A stretch of 64,000 nucleotides of DNA from Verrucomicrobiaceae bacterium (GCA_051252135.1 JBPOGH010000004.1:160001-224000); one strand, 5' to 3'; positions 48,167 to 58,490 are shown, counted from the stretch's first letter. A program made the numbers and translations. Notes: generated by a model not told the origin, from the letters alone.

Positions 48167-48518
48167 GGTCCGCTCCCCGGGCAGTCGCTGGTTTTCGCAA
48201 GAAGGCTGGAGGAAAGTCCGGACACTAAAGAGCAGTGTGCCTTATGAAAATGAGGGACGGTGGTTCGTGAGGGCCGCCGGACAGATAGTGCCGCAGAAAA
48301 TATACCGCCTCTTTCGGGAGGTAAGGGTGAAATGGTGGGGTAAGAGCCCACCGCGCCGAGGGTGACCGAGGTGGCAGGGTAAACCTCTCACAGTGCAAGA
48401 CAGAACAGGGGAAGGGCTGCTCGTCCGTTCATCCCCGGGTAATAGTCGCAGAGATAAATGACTGCCAAGGCTGGCAATTGGGCCAGCTGAACAGAATCCG
48501 GCTTACAGGGGAGCGGCC
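48167..48518 (+). ncRNA. rnpB: RNase P RNA (bacterial type A)
   Basis: GAGGAAAGTCCGG, AGTGCCGCAGAAA, GGGTGAAATGGTGGGGTAAGAGCCCACC, ACAGAATCCGGCTTA; P1 CCGCTCCCC/GGGGAGCGG. Confidence 0.97.
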
Positions 48519-48591
48519 TCTGCCCCTTCGGGGATTTTTCAGTTGGCAGGAGACAGTTTTCAGTTTCCTGGGCTCCGGCCCTGAGGGTTGA

Positions 48592-51489
48592 TTATTTGGT
48601 GAGGGCGTCGTCGAGGTTGAGGATGGTGGAGGCGACGATGGTGTAGGCGGCGCCGTCGGGGGTGCCGGCGAGGGAGTCGAAGTCTTTGGGGTTCTTTTCG
48701 AAGTCGGCAACGGTGCGCTCGAAGAGGCGGGTGAGGATTTCGAGTTGTTTTGGGGTGGGCTTGAGGGAGGTGGCGATGCGGAAGCCGGTGGTGATTTTGT
48801 GGGCGACGTCGCCCTCGGTGTCATACTTCATGCGGCGGGCGAGGGCTTGGGCCATTTCGGCGAAGGCTTCGTCATTGAGGACGGTGAGGGCGGCAAGGGG
48901 GGTGTTGGAAACGAGGCGGCGTGGGCTGCAGGTTTCGCGGGTGGGGGCGTCGAAGGCGCTGAAGGTGGGGTGGGGGATGCTGCGCTTGCGGTAGGTGTAG
49001 ATGGCGCGGCGGTAGCGGTTGGGGTCACCGACTTGGGCGGCATTCCAGGGGCCGTCGTTGAAGGGTTTCCAGACGCCATCGGGGATGGGTGGGCGGACGG
49101 GGGGGCCGAAGAGGGTGGGGGTGAGGAGGCCGGAGGCGGCGAGGTGGTGGTCGCGGACGTGCTCGCCCGCGAGGCGGTTGCGGGGGCCGCGTGAGAGGAG
49201 GTAGTTTTGGGGATCCTTTTGGGAGGAGAGGGAGGATTGTTTGCTGGATTGGCGGTAGGTGGCGGAGGTGAGGATTTCGCGGATGAGGGCTTTGGTGGAC
49301 CAGTTCATGTCGGTCTGAAAGCGGACGGCGAGATCGTCGAGGAGAGCGGGGTGTGAGGGGGGGAGTCCGGAGGAGCCGAAGTCCTCAAGGGTTTCGACGA
49401 GGCCGAGGCCGAAGAGCTTGTGCCAGATGCGGACGACCTGGACGCGGGCGGTGAAGGGATTTTCGGTGCTGGTGAGCCAGTTGGCGAGATCGAGGCGGTT
49501 GGCTTTTTCGCCGGCGGGATTGAGCGGGTGGAGGGTGGCGGGGGTGCCGGGCAGGAGGGGTTCGGGGGCTTTTTCGAGCCAGTTGCCGCGCTCGAAGAGG
49601 TGGGTGGCGCGTTCGAGGTGGGGCGGGAGGTCGGCCATGGTGGGGAGGGGGATGGCGCCGAGTTTTGAGTAGGCGGCGAAGGAGGCGTCGCGCTCGCGGA
49701 TTTGCGCGCGGGTGGTCTCGGAGGAAGTCCACTGGTGGAGGTCGGCGGAGTCGGTGAGTTCGAGGCGGCCGCGTCTGGTGGTGAGGGGGCCGGTGGGGGC
49801 GTTGGCGTTGTGGTTGAGCTCGAGGTGGAGGGTGGAGCCATCGGGAAGGGCGAGAGGGTCTTTGAGGACGAAGACGGCGGAGCGGGGGTGGTATTGGTGG
49901 GTGGCAGCGCCCCAACCGGAGCCGCCTTTTTTAAGGGAGTCGTCGGGATTGTAGAAGTTGGAGAAGTCATCCGAGAGGACGCGCTGGAGGGGGATTTCGC
50001 GGGGTTTTTCTTCGCCGGGGATGGTGGCGCGGAGGATGACGCGGGAGAGGACGGCTCCGAGCTCGGCGGTGTGTTTGGCCTTTTCGAGATTGAGGGGAAG
50101 AGTGTGGACGCGGAAGGCGGTGAGGGTGGAAAGGGTGTCGGGTTTGGGGATGTCGAGCTTGAAGGCGACGTTGCGCGGGATGGTGCCTTTGGTGCGGAAT
50201 TCGAGGTAGCCGTCTTCTTCCCTGGTGATGGAGCCGACTTTGGTGGCCTCGACGTTCATCCGGTTGACTTTGGTCCAGGTGGTGGCGGCGATTTTTTGTT
50301 GGGATTGTTCGAAGAGGGCGCGGGCGAGTGATTCGCCTTTTTGTTTGAGCTGGAGGGCTTGGGGGTAGTCTTCGGTTTTCGCGGGGACGCGGAGGGTGGG
50401 GTAGTGGTTGCCGTGGTCGAGATCGCGGGTGGAGTTGAAGAAGGCGAGGAACTTGTAATATTCTTCGTGGCGGATGGGATCGTAGGGGTGGTCGTGGCAC
50501 TGGATGCAGCCGAAGGTGATGCCCTGGAGGGCGTCCCAGGTGGTGTTGACGCGGTCCATGACGGCCATGGTGCGGAACTCGTCGTTGTCGGTGCCGCCCT
50601 CTTCGTTTTGTTGGGTGAGGCGGTGGAAATTGGTGGCGATGAGATCGTCAAAGGAGGGGTTGGGGAGGAGGTCTCCGGCGATTTGTTTTTTGACGAATTG
50701 ATCGAAGGGCATGTCGGCATTGAGGGCGCGGATGACCCAGTCGCGGTAGGGCCAGGTGTTCCAGCGGCGGTCGGCGCCGAGGCCTTCGGAGTCGGCGTAG
50801 CGGGCGAGGTCGAGCCACTGGGTGGCCCATTTTTCGCCGAAGGAATCGCGGGCGAGGAGGTCATCGACGACTTGAGCGACGGCGGTGTCTGGATTTTCGG
50901 GGTAGGCGGCGGCGAATTGGTCGAGCTCGGCGATGGTGGGCGGGTAGCCGGTGAGATCGACGTGGAGGCGGCGCAGGAGGCGGTCGGCTTCGGCTGGTTC
51001 GGTGGGGGTGAGTCCTTCGTGCTCGAGGCGGGCGAGGATGAAGTGGTCGAGGGGGGCGATGGGCCAGTCTTTTTGGGAGACGGGGGGGAGTTCGTGGCGG
51101 GTGGGTTTTTCGAAGGACCAGTGGTTGTTCCAGATGGCGCCTTCTTTGATCCATTGGGTGACGAGGGCGATCTCGTGTGGGGGGAGGGCCGCTCCGTGGT
51201 CGGGTGGCGGCATAATGTCATCGGGATCGGTGGTGGTGATGCGGCGGATCATTTCCGAGGCATCGGGATCGCCGGGGACGACGACTTGTTTTCCGGATTT
51301 GCCTTTGGCGATGACCTGGTCGCGGAAGAGGAAGGAGACGTCGCCATTTTGTTTAACTCCTCCGTGGCATGCGGTGCAGTGGGCGTTGAGGATGGGGCGG
51401 ATGTCGCGGGAGAAGTCAATGGGTTCAGCCGCCAGCAATTGGGAGGAGAGGGCGGAGGCAAAGAAGAGGCCAACCAATGAAATTCGCAT
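48592..51489 (-). CDS. PSD1/planctomycete cytochrome c protein with DUF1549 and DUF1553
   Basis: DFSRDIRPIL..HCTACHG, WLDLARYADS, CIQCHDHPYDPI, PSHPALLDDLA. Confidence 0.92.
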   Translation of the reverse strand: MRISLVGLFFASALSSQLLAAEPIDFSRDIRPILNAHCTACHGGVKQNGDVSFLFRDQVIAKGKSGKQVVVPGDPDASEMIRRITTTDPDDIMPPPDHGAALPPHEIALVTQWIKEGAIWNNHWSFEKPTRHELPPVSQKDWPIAPLDHFILARLEHEGLTPTEPAEADRLLRRLHVDLTGYPPTIAELDQFAAAYPENPDTAVAQVVDDLLARDSFGEKWATQWLDLARYADSEGLGADRRWNTWPYRDWVIRALNADMPFDQFVKKQIAGDLLPNPSFDDLIATNFHRLTQQNEEGGTDNDEFRTMAVMDRVNTTWDALQGITFGCIQCHDHPYDPIRHEEYYKFLAFFNSTRDLDHGNHYPTLRVPAKTEDYPQALQLKQKGESLARALFEQSQQKIAATTWTKVNRMNVEATKVGSITREEDGYLEFRTKGTIPRNVAFKLDIPKPDTLSTLTAFRVHTLPLNLEKAKHTAELGAVLSRVILRATIPGEEKPREIPLQRVLSDDFSNFYNPDDSLKKGGSGWGAATHQYHPRSAVFVLKDPLALPDGSTLHLELNHNANAPTGPLTTRRGRLELTDSADLHQWTSSETTRAQIRERDASFAAYSKLGAIPLPTMADLPPHLERATHLFERGNWLEKAPEPLLPGTPATLHPLNPAGEKANRLDLANWLTSTENPFTARVQVVRIWHKLFGLGLVETLEDFGSSGLPPSHPALLDDLAVRFQTDMNWSTKALIREILTSATYRQSSKQSSLSSQKDPQNYLLSRGPRNRLAGEHVRDHHLAASGLLTPTLFGPPVRPPIPDGVWKPFNDGPWNAAQVGDPNRYRRAIYTYRKRSIPHPTFSAFDAPTRETCSPRRLVSNTPLAALTVLNDEAFAEMAQALARRMKYDTEGDVAHKITTGFRIATSLKPTPKQLEILTRLFERTVADFEKNPKDFDSLAGTPDGAAYTIVASTILNLDDALTK

Positions 51490-51594
51490 GACGAAGAGGT
51501 TACTGGATTTTTAGGGCCTTTTTATCGAAGGATTCCGGAAACGCAAACGGCCCGCGAGTAGCGGGCCGTTTAGAAAAATAAGAAACGAGGTTTT

Positions 51595-51804
51595 TTAGCC
51601 TCCGAAGAGTCCCTTGGCCTTGTTCATGAGATCGCCGCCGACGTCCCCGAGATCGGGAGTTTCGCCCTTCATGAGGGAATCGGCGATGCCTTCCATGCCA
51701 TCGGGGAGCTTATCCTTGATGAAGCCGAACACGGTTTCGATGATGGAATCGATTTGGTCTTCGGCGATGCCGAGACCGGCGAGTTTTTGTTTGAGTTCTT
51801 CCAT
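51595..51804 (-). CDS. Small hypothetical protein
   Basis: MEELKQKLAGLGI...FIKDKLP...AKGLFGG; terminator hairpin at about 51546-51571. Confidence 0.75.
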   Translation of the reverse strand: MEELKQKLAGLGIAEDQIDSIIETVFGFIKDKLPDGMEGIADSLMKGETPDLGDVGGDLMNKAKGLFGG

Positions 51805-51833
51805 TTTATTGGTCGTGGGGGTTTTTACAAAAG

Positions 51834-51915
51834 TACCGGGAACAGGGGTCGAACCTGCACGCCCAAGGGCACCGGATCCTAAATCCGGCGTGTCTACCAA
51901 TTCCACCATCCCGGC
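51834..51915 (-). tRNA. tRNA-Leu(TAG), CCA not encoded
   Basis: GCCGGGATGGTGGAATTGGTAGACACGCCGGATTTAGGATCCGGTGCCCTTGGGCGTGCAGGTTCGACCCCTGTTCCCGGTA. Confidence 0.96.
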
Positions 51916-51984
51916 GATGTGAGGCGGCAGGATAGGAGGAATTGTGCATCTTGCAATCGGAAAGGGAACTTGATGGAATAAGGG

Positions 51985-53340
51985 ATGAAGAACGCCGTCA
52001 TTTTTTTCGTCTCGGGGTTGATTCTTGGAGGGGTGGTGGTGTTTTCCTGGAAATCGGGGAAAGGAGCGGGTTCGGGATGGGAAGAGGGAGAGGATGAGCG
52101 TGCAACGGTGCGGATGGTGGAGCGGAGGGAGCGGGAGCGCTGGCGGGCGCGGATTCGGCATTCGGGGAGTGGAGGTGAAGATGGGGGAGGTGGATTGGAA
52201 GTGAAGGATGAGTTGATAGCGTTTCTCAAAGGACTGAGCAGGAAGAGTATCGGTGATGCGGATTTCAACTATCTTTCGTCGATTCGGATGGCGGCCGAGG
52301 TGGCGTCGATGGACGAGGCGGAGCTGCTTTCGCTGGTTGAGGTGCTGGGGCAAGTGGAGGACCCGAAGCTGAAAGAGCTTGGGGAGATTGTGCAGGCCTT
52401 GGCCTATCTCCGGTGGTTTGAGGTGAATGGAACGGCGGCGATGGAATTCTTTTTGGACCCGAAGAATGAGCTGCCGAAGGGGGTGGATCGGGATAGTTTT
52501 GTGGGCAATGGGATGCTGGCGTGGACGGAGTATGATCCGGAGGGGGCGAGGCGCTGGATGGAGGGGCAGATTCGGGAGATTGATCGTCGGGCGGCGGCGG
52601 GGGAGGACGAGGAGGCTTTAGGCAAGGAGTTTGAGGCCCTAGCGACGGGGAATATTCATGAGGTGTTTTTATCGGCCTATACCCAGGCGAAGGGAGAGAA
52701 GGCGCGGGAAATTTATGAGGGTTTGGAGCATCCGGAGATTGCAGAGGATATGCGGAGTGACGTGATTGAGGCGATGGCGCGGGAGGAGGAATCGGTTGAG
52801 AAATTGAAGGCGCTGCTTTTGGAGACCAGGGGTGGGGATTTTGGGGCGCAGTTGACGATTGTGGAGAAGTTGAGCAAGAGTGCGCGGGATGATGCGCGGC
52901 GGTGGGTGGAGCAGCAGCCGAGTTCCGTGGAGCGGGATCACCTGGTGACCCAGGTGGCGGGGGAGTGGCTGAAGGAGGATCCGGCGGCGGCGGCGGATTG
53001 GTATTTGAGGCAGGAGCTGGTGGAGGAGAATCGGGAGCAGGATCGACTGAGCCGGATTTTTGGAGCGTGGCGGGGGAAGGATCTGGAGGGGGCGTATGGG
53101 TGGCTGGAGTCGCAGCCGGATACGGAAGCGCGGGATCAGGCGGAGTCGCTGGCGGCGAACTCGGCGCTGGGGCAGAAGGATTATGCGCAGGCGGTGGAGT
53201 GGGTCGGGGGGATCCAGAATGAGGCGATGCGGGAGCAGGCTTTTGGGCGGATTTTGAAAAACTCGCGGGACCGAAAGACGGGGGAGTTGCCGGCGGGTTT
53301 GGTAGAGGCGGCGACGGCGGCGGGGTTTGAGGTGGAGTGA
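51985..53340 (+). CDS. Hypothetical membrane-anchored helical-repeat protein
   Basis: N-terminal TM; repeated W...DP..A..W units. Confidence 0.8.
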   Translation: MKNAVIFFVSGLILGGVVVFSWKSGKGAGSGWEEGEDERATVRMVERRERERWRARIRHSGSGGEDGGGGLEVKDELIAFLKGLSRKSIGDADFNYLSSIRMAAEVASMDEAELLSLVEVLGQVEDPKLKELGEIVQALAYLRWFEVNGTAAMEFFLDPKNELPKGVDRDSFVGNGMLAWTEYDPEGARRWMEGQIREIDRRAAAGEDEEALGKEFEALATGNIHEVFLSAYTQAKGEKAREIYEGLEHPEIAEDMRSDVIEAMAREEESVEKLKALLLETRGGDFGAQLTIVEKLSKSARDDARRWVEQQPSSVERDHLVTQVAGEWLKEDPAAAADWYLRQELVEENREQDRLSRIFGAWRGKDLEGAYGWLESQPDTEARDQAESLAANSALGQKDYAQAVEWVGGIQNEAMREQAFGRILKNSRDRKTGELPAGLVEAATAAGFEVE

Positions 53341-53343
53341 GAC

Positions 53344-54054
53344 TCAGCGGCCGGGGTTGTACCAGTATTCGTCTCCGGCGGCTTTATCGGTGCCGGTGAA
53401 GGCGCGGGCGATGAAGCTTTGGTCGCGGACGAGGTGCCAGTCGCCGAAGGTGTCGAACTTGCGGCAGGAGGTGGTGAGGGGGGCGCGGACGAGGGTGCCG
53501 AATTTTTGATCGCGGTGTTGGCCGAGTTTTTTGAGGCGAACGGCGAAGTCGACATCCTCGATGGTGACGAAGTCGGGATTGAATCCGCCGACGGCATCGA
53601 AGGCGGCTCGGGTGGTCCAGAAGGTGCCGACCGAGACGCGGTATTTGGCGAGGTAGAGGATGGCGATGAGTCCGGTGAGGATGATGCCGGAGGAGAGTCG
53701 GTCGAGAACAACGACGGCTCCGCCGCCGACGTAGTTGCCGCTGGCGAGCTTGGCGGAGACATCGAGGAAGGTGCGGGGGTGGAGGCGGCTGTCGGCATCG
53801 ACGGTGATGATGATATCGCCCGAGGAGGCGGCGACGCCGGCGTTGCGAATGAGGGCGAGGTTTTTGGCATCCTCGTGTGCGATGGTGGCTCCGTAGGTGC
53901 GGGCGATCTCTTCGGTGCGGTCGGAGCAGCGGTTCAGGACGACGACGACTTCGACGGGATGAGGGCTTTGTTTTTTGGCGCGGTCGATGGCGGCGAGGCC
54001 TTCGGGGAGGAAGTTTTCCTCGTTGTGCGCGGGGATGATGACAGAAATTGTCAT
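53344..54054 (-). CDS. Glycosyltransferase family 2
   Basis: SVIIPAHNEE, RNAG, VDAD, GGF..EDVDF. Confidence 0.92.
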   Translation of the reverse strand: MTISVIIPAHNEENFLPEGLAAIDRAKKQSPHPVEVVVVLNRCSDRTEEIARTYGATIAHEDAKNLALIRNAGVAASSGDIIITVDADSRLHPRTFLDVSAKLASGNYVGGGAVVVLDRLSSGIILTGLIAILYLAKYRVSVGTFWTTRAAFDAVGGFNPDFVTIEDVDFAVRLKKLGQHRDQKFGTLVRAPLTTSCRKFDTFGDWHLVRDQSFIARAFTGTDKAAGDEYWYNPGR

Positions 54055-54111
54055 GACATCACCATGCGATGAATCTGGACGGAATCAAGAGGCGTGTTAG
54101 GGGTGGGGACG

Positions 54112-54879
54112 ATGTTTTTTCCGCTCAGCGACGATGATCGCCATCTTTCAAGTCCGGCTTACGTGACGATTGTGTTCTTGATCGCGAACGTGGTGATCTT
54201 TCTTTATCAGCTGATGGAGCCGTCGTTTACGTCGGGGTGGAGTGTGATTCCGAAGGAGATCATGACGGGGGCGGACCTGGTGGGGACATCGGTGATCAAG
54301 ACGCCGGGGGGGCCATTTCCCATTCCGCAGGAGCCGGGGCCGAGTCCGATTTATGTGACCTTGCTGAGCTCGATGTTCATGCACGGGTCGTGGATGCACC
54401 TGGGAGGGAACATGCTCTACCTGTGGATTTTTGGAGACAATGTGGAGCATCGTTTTGGGCACGTGAGGTTCATTCTTTTTTACCTGGGAAGCGGTCTGCT
54501 GGCTTCAGCGGCGCAGATTGCGCTGAATACGGAGAGCGTGATTCCGAACCTGGGTGCGTCGGGGGCGATCTCGGGGGTGCTGGGTTGTTATTTGGTGCTC
54601 TTTCCGAGGAACAAAGTGAATGCGGTGTTCTTTTTCCGGATCATTTCGGTGCCCGCGATTGTGGTGCTGGGGATGTGGGGGGTGATGCAGTTTGTGCAAG
54701 GGGCGGGGAGTTTGGCTTCGGCGGGTGAAAGCGGCGGGGTGGCTTATGGGGCGCACATTGGCGGATTTGTGGCGGGGTTGCTGATTGGATTTGTGGCGCG
54801 GATGGGGATGAAGGAAGAGCCGTCATCGATTCTGAAGAGGCAGTATGCGCGGGACCCGGGAGCGAGGAGATATTGGTAG
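54112..54879 (+). CDS. Rhomboid intramembrane serine protease
   Basis: HGSWMHLGGNMLYLWIFGDNVE, GASGAISG, AHIGGF. Confidence 0.94.
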   Translation: MFFPLSDDDRHLSSPAYVTIVFLIANVVIFLYQLMEPSFTSGWSVIPKEIMTGADLVGTSVIKTPGGPFPIPQEPGPSPIYVTLLSSMFMHGSWMHLGGNMLYLWIFGDNVEHRFGHVRFILFYLGSGLLASAAQIALNTESVIPNLGASGAISGVLGCYLVLFPRNKVNAVFFFRIISVPAIVVLGMWGVMQFVQGAGSLASAGESGGVAYGAHIGGFVAGLLIGFVARMGMKEEPSSILKRQYARDPGARRYW

Positions 54880-54917
54880 GGGTTGTTAATGGTGGGGGAG
54901 TGGGTTAAGCGAGTCGC

Positions 54918-55775
54918 ATGATTCGTGAAATTGTGGTGCATCCGGGTGGTGCGCATAAGGATGACTTTTTGGCCTGTGCGCTTTTGTTGGCGAAATATCC
55001 GGTGACGATTTACCGGAAGGATCCGAGTGAGGCTGATTTGGCTGATGCGGAAGTGGCGGTGGTGGATGTGGGGCACGAGTGGGATGAATCGAAGATGAAC
55101 TTTGATCATCATCAGTTTCCACGGGACTCGGAGCCGCTGTGTGCGCTGAGTTTGGTGTTGAAGCACTTCGGGCTTTACGAAGATGCGCAGAAATTTTGTG
55201 ACTGGCTTGAAGTGGCGGAGTGGTTCGACACACGCGGTCCGGTTGATACGGGCAAGTGGTTGGGGGTGGAGCGCGAGACGCTCTCGAAGCTGAACTCACC
55301 GATTGATATTACCTTGCTGCGTCGTTTTGCCGGCGGGACCGAGCATGCTCCCGGTGAGCCGATTTGGGAAGTGATGAAGATGGTGGGTGAAGACCTGCAT
55401 CATTATCTCACGGGGATGAAAGAGCGTTTGGCTTATGTGGCCGAGAACGCGGAGGTTTGGGAGATGAGCTTTGGAAAAAAAGTGCTCTTTATGCCACGGA
55501 CGGAGCCTTTGCCTGATGAGGCGTCAGCCGGGATGGGGCGTTTTGTGGAAGATAGCGGATTGGCCGACGAAGTGGTGGGTATGGTGTATCCGGATCGACG
55601 TGGAACAGGCTACGGGATGTCCCGTTTTAACGATGACAAGCGGATGGAATATACGCGTGTTGAAGCCGAGGAAGATGTTCATTTTGCCCACGCGAAGGGA
55701 TTTATTGCGAAGACGACGGCGACTGATGTGGTGCGAGTGAGAGAGTTGGTGGAGATGGCTTGGGTGGGGGAGTGA
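54918..55775 (+). CDS. MYG1-family protein
   Basis: HPGGAHKDD, VDVG, FDHHQ, FAHAKGFIA. Confidence 0.85.
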   Translation: MIREIVVHPGGAHKDDFLACALLLAKYPVTIYRKDPSEADLADAEVAVVDVGHEWDESKMNFDHHQFPRDSEPLCALSLVLKHFGLYEDAQKFCDWLEVAEWFDTRGPVDTGKWLGVERETLSKLNSPIDITLLRRFAGGTEHAPGEPIWEVMKMVGEDLHHYLTGMKERLAYVAENAEVWEMSFGKKVLFMPRTEPLPDEASAGMGRFVEDSGLADEVVGMVYPDRRGTGYGMSRFNDDKRMEYTRVEAEEDVHFAHAKGFIAKTTATDVVRVRELVEMAWVGE

Positions 55776-55873
55776 TGGAGAATTAGGAATTTGGAATTAG
55801 GGATTTGGAATTGCCTGGTTGGGGGGCTTGGTTGGGGAGAGTTCGGCTAAAGCCTACACTACGAACTGGGGGA

Positions 55874-57745
55874 CTAGCTGATGATGGCGACGGGGACGCG
55901 GGTGGTGCTTGTGGTGGGGTCGCCGAGGGGGATGGTGCCGGATTTGAAGTGGTCGCCATCGGGTTGAGGGGGGCTTGCGGCGGAGGCTTCTTTTGGGGAA
56001 GCGGTGGTGAGTTTGAGGGCCCGGTTGGGGGAGAGTTTGAGACGGAGCTGATGGGCGGAGCGGCCCATGGTCCAGCGGGTGTTGATCTCGACGACGGGTT
56101 GCCATTTGAGGGCGGGGCCATCGTGGAAGAAGAAGGAATCGAGGCAGATGGCGCCGTGGTAGTTTTCTTTTCCGAGGAGTTCTTCGAGGGCGGGGATGAG
56201 GTGGTCTTTGAGGGCGGGGAAGACTTCGCGGTTGAGGAGCATGGCTTGCTCGGGCGGGAGTCCGTGCGCGGGTTTGGAGCGGGACTCGGAGCTGCGCCAT
56301 TGGCCATCGGCAGATGTTTCCTGATGGACGATGCCGAGGTAGCGGAGGCCTCCCTGGTCGGCGGGGCTGCGGTGGAGGAGGAGGGAGAATTCGTGGGCTT
56401 TGTCGACCCAGGGCTCGATGAGGAGGGGGCGGTTGGGGAGTTTTGAGAGGTCGTCCTTTGCGAAGCGGTGGATTCCGCGACCGGCGGCTCCGAAGAGGTC
56501 TTTGGCAACCCAGTTTTGGTGGGGGTGGAGGGCGATGAAGTCGGCGATGTCTCCGGTGCAGTGTTTTGCGGGGAGAGGTTGGAGTTCGGTGGGGAGGAGG
56601 GCGCGGAGGCGGAGGGTGGTTTCCTTTGAGAGGAGGGGGGTGAGTTGGGCCCAGGGTTGAATGGCTCGCAGCTTGCGTGATTTTTTGACTAGTTCGAGGT
56701 CGGAGAGGAGTCGTACTTCGGGAAAGATGAGGCCGAAGCGGGCGAGGTGGTCGCGGTGTTGGTCCGAGGGGAGGTGGCGGAGGAGGACGATGTCGTCCCG
56801 GGAGGGGCCGGCGAGAGCGAAGGCGGGTTCGAGATCGGCGGCGAGTTGGTGAAGTTTTTGTGGGCAGGTCCAGCCGGGGTTGGCGACCTGGGCTTCGGCA
56901 TCGGGGTTGAAATACCAGAGGTCGGGGGAGCGTCCGCGGGTGGAGTGGAAGCGTTTGAGCGAGGCGATGAATTCTTCGCTGAGTCCGGCTTTGCGACGAC
57001 CTTCTTCATTGAAGGGGGCCATGCCTTTGGCGCGGATGGGGGAGAGGGGGATGTGGAGGCGTTTATGCCAGGCGTCCCAATCGGTCTGGGCGTTTTCCTT
57101 CCAGCGTCGGAGCCATTTGAGGCCGTAGCCGACGTGGGCGATTTCGTCGTGGTAGATTTTGGAGAGGATTTTGGCGGTCTTGGTGTCGCCGACGTTTTGG
57201 AGGACTTCGGAGTAGTGCTTGGCGTAGTCGAGATTGGCCTGCTCGAAGGTGAGGGAGAGGCGGGAGACGTAGTCGAGCGGGCTTTCCATGTCGGCGATGT
57301 GCTCCCAGATCATGGGGGTGACGGGGATATCGCCGAAGGTGACGCCGCATTCCTTCATGCGCTGGATGTACCAGCGGGTGTGGTTTTGTTCTTCCTGAAG
57401 GGTGCGGAGGACGCCGCGGCGGAAGGAATCGGGGGCGTCGGGAAATTTGAGGAGGGCGAGGGCCATGAGCTCGACGGCGAGGAGCTCGTGGTTGGCGAAA
57501 AAGTGGAGGAGGAGGGCGCGTTGTTCTTCGTCCTCGAGTTGCTGGGCGCTGGGGAAGCGGCTGCGGGATTGTTTTTTGACCGGGATGAGAGAGTCGGGTC
57601 GGCCGGGGAGATCGGGGGCGCGGAAGGTGCCGCGTTGGGGGGCGTCGAGGGTGAGGGACGCGGGGGCGTGGGTGAGTTTTTCCTCCAGCGAGGTCGAGAG
57701 CAGGACCCGCTCGGCAAACTCTCGAACTGACTGGGGAGTGTCGAT
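55874..57745 (-). CDS. DUF455 ferritin-like diiron domain fused to an ATP-grasp-like domain; start uncertain (ATC 57745; first ATG at 57466)
   Basis: HFFANHELLAVE, EEQNH, EQANLDY, DEIAH; then AKDLFGAAGRG, IEPWV, VEINTRWTMGR. Confidence 0.8.
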   Translation of the reverse strand: MDTPQSVREFAERVLLSTSLEEKLTHAPASLTLDAPQRGTFRAPDLPGRPDSLIPVKKQSRSRFPSAQQLEDEEQRALLLHFFANHELLAVELMALALLKFPDAPDSFRRGVLRTLQEEQNHTRWYIQRMKECGVTFGDIPVTPMIWEHIADMESPLDYVSRLSLTFEQANLDYAKHYSEVLQNVGDTKTAKILSKIYHDEIAHVGYGLKWLRRWKENAQTDWDAWHKRLHIPLSPIRAKGMAPFNEEGRRKAGLSEEFIASLKRFHSTRGRSPDLWYFNPDAEAQVANPGWTCPQKLHQLAADLEPAFALAGPSRDDIVLLRHLPSDQHRDHLARFGLIFPEVRLLSDLELVKKSRKLRAIQPWAQLTPLLSKETTLRLRALLPTELQPLPAKHCTGDIADFIALHPHQNWVAKDLFGAAGRGIHRFAKDDLSKLPNRPLLIEPWVDKAHEFSLLLHRSPADQGGLRYLGIVHQETSADGQWRSSESRSKPAHGLPPEQAMLLNREVFPALKDHLIPALEELLGKENYHGAICLDSFFFHDGPALKWQPVVEINTRWTMGRSAHQLRLKLSPNRALKLTTASPKEASAASPPQPDGDHFKSGTIPLGDPTTSTTRVPVAIIS

Positions 57746-57757
57746 GGGGGGAGCGCG

Positions 57758-58141
57758 TTATTTTTGAGGAACGAAGTCGATGACGAGGACTTTGTCGAGT
57801 GAGGGGAGGAGGAGTTCGCCGAAGGATTTGTGGGCTTCGTGGGGGAGGTAGACTTCGAGTCCGGCCTTGTCCTTGAAGCTGACGATGAAGCAGTGGGTGA
57901 AGCCCTGGTCGTGGTTTTCCGGGCTGACGTTGGTGCCCCATTCGAGATCGGTGATGGTGGGGATGGCTTTTTTGAGGGCGACGAATTCTTTTTCGATTTT
58001 GGCGACCTGTTCCTTGGCGGCATCGTCCTTGAACTTGAAGAGGACGACGTGGCGGTAAGGTGAGGGGGCGGCTTTTTCTTCGTGGTGATTGGCCATGGCG
58101 AAGATGGGGAGGAGGGCGAGGAGGAAGATGATGGTTTTCAT
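57758..58141 (-). CDS. Dabb (stress-responsive alpha/beta barrel) protein with signal peptide
   Basis: RHVVLFKFK, WGTNVSPE, GFTH, YLPHEAH, VIDF. Confidence 0.9.
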   Translation of the reverse strand: MKTIIFLLALLPIFAMANHHEEKAAPSPYRHVVLFKFKDDAAKEQVAKIEKEFVALKKAIPTITDLEWGTNVSPENHDQGFTHCFIVSFKDKAGLEVYLPHEAHKSFGELLLPSLDKVLVIDFVPQK

Positions 58142-58142
58142 G

Positions 58143-58442
58143 TTATTTGGATTCTTGTTCGCGTTTGAGAGAGGGTTCGAGGAAGAAGGGGGCGAAGGGG
58201 ATGAGGGCGCAGAGGAAGACCTGGGCGCAGCGTTTGAGGGACCATTTGTAGCGGTCCCAGCAGACGAGGAGAAGAATGAAGAAGACGGTGAAGATGGCTC
58301 CGTGGATCATGCCGGGGGTGCGGATGGCGTCATCGTTTCCGAGGATGCGTTTCTCGTAGATAGAGAAGTAGAGAAGGATGAGGAAGGAGAGGCCGTCGAG
58401 GAGGGAGAAGAGGCGGAGGAGGCCGAGCGGGAATTGGAACAT
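58143..58442 (-). CDS. DUF3817-like membrane protein
   Basis: DGLSFLILL, GMIHG, ALIPFAPF. Confidence 0.8.
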   Translation of the reverse strand: MFQFPLGLLRLFSLLDGLSFLILLYFSIYEKRILGNDDAIRTPGMIHGAIFTVFFILLLVCWDRYKWSLKRCAQVFLCALIPFAPFFLEPSLKREQESK

Positions 58443-58490
58443 GGGAGGTTTAGAGTTAGGAATTAGGAATTGGGGGGCTTGGTTGGGGGG

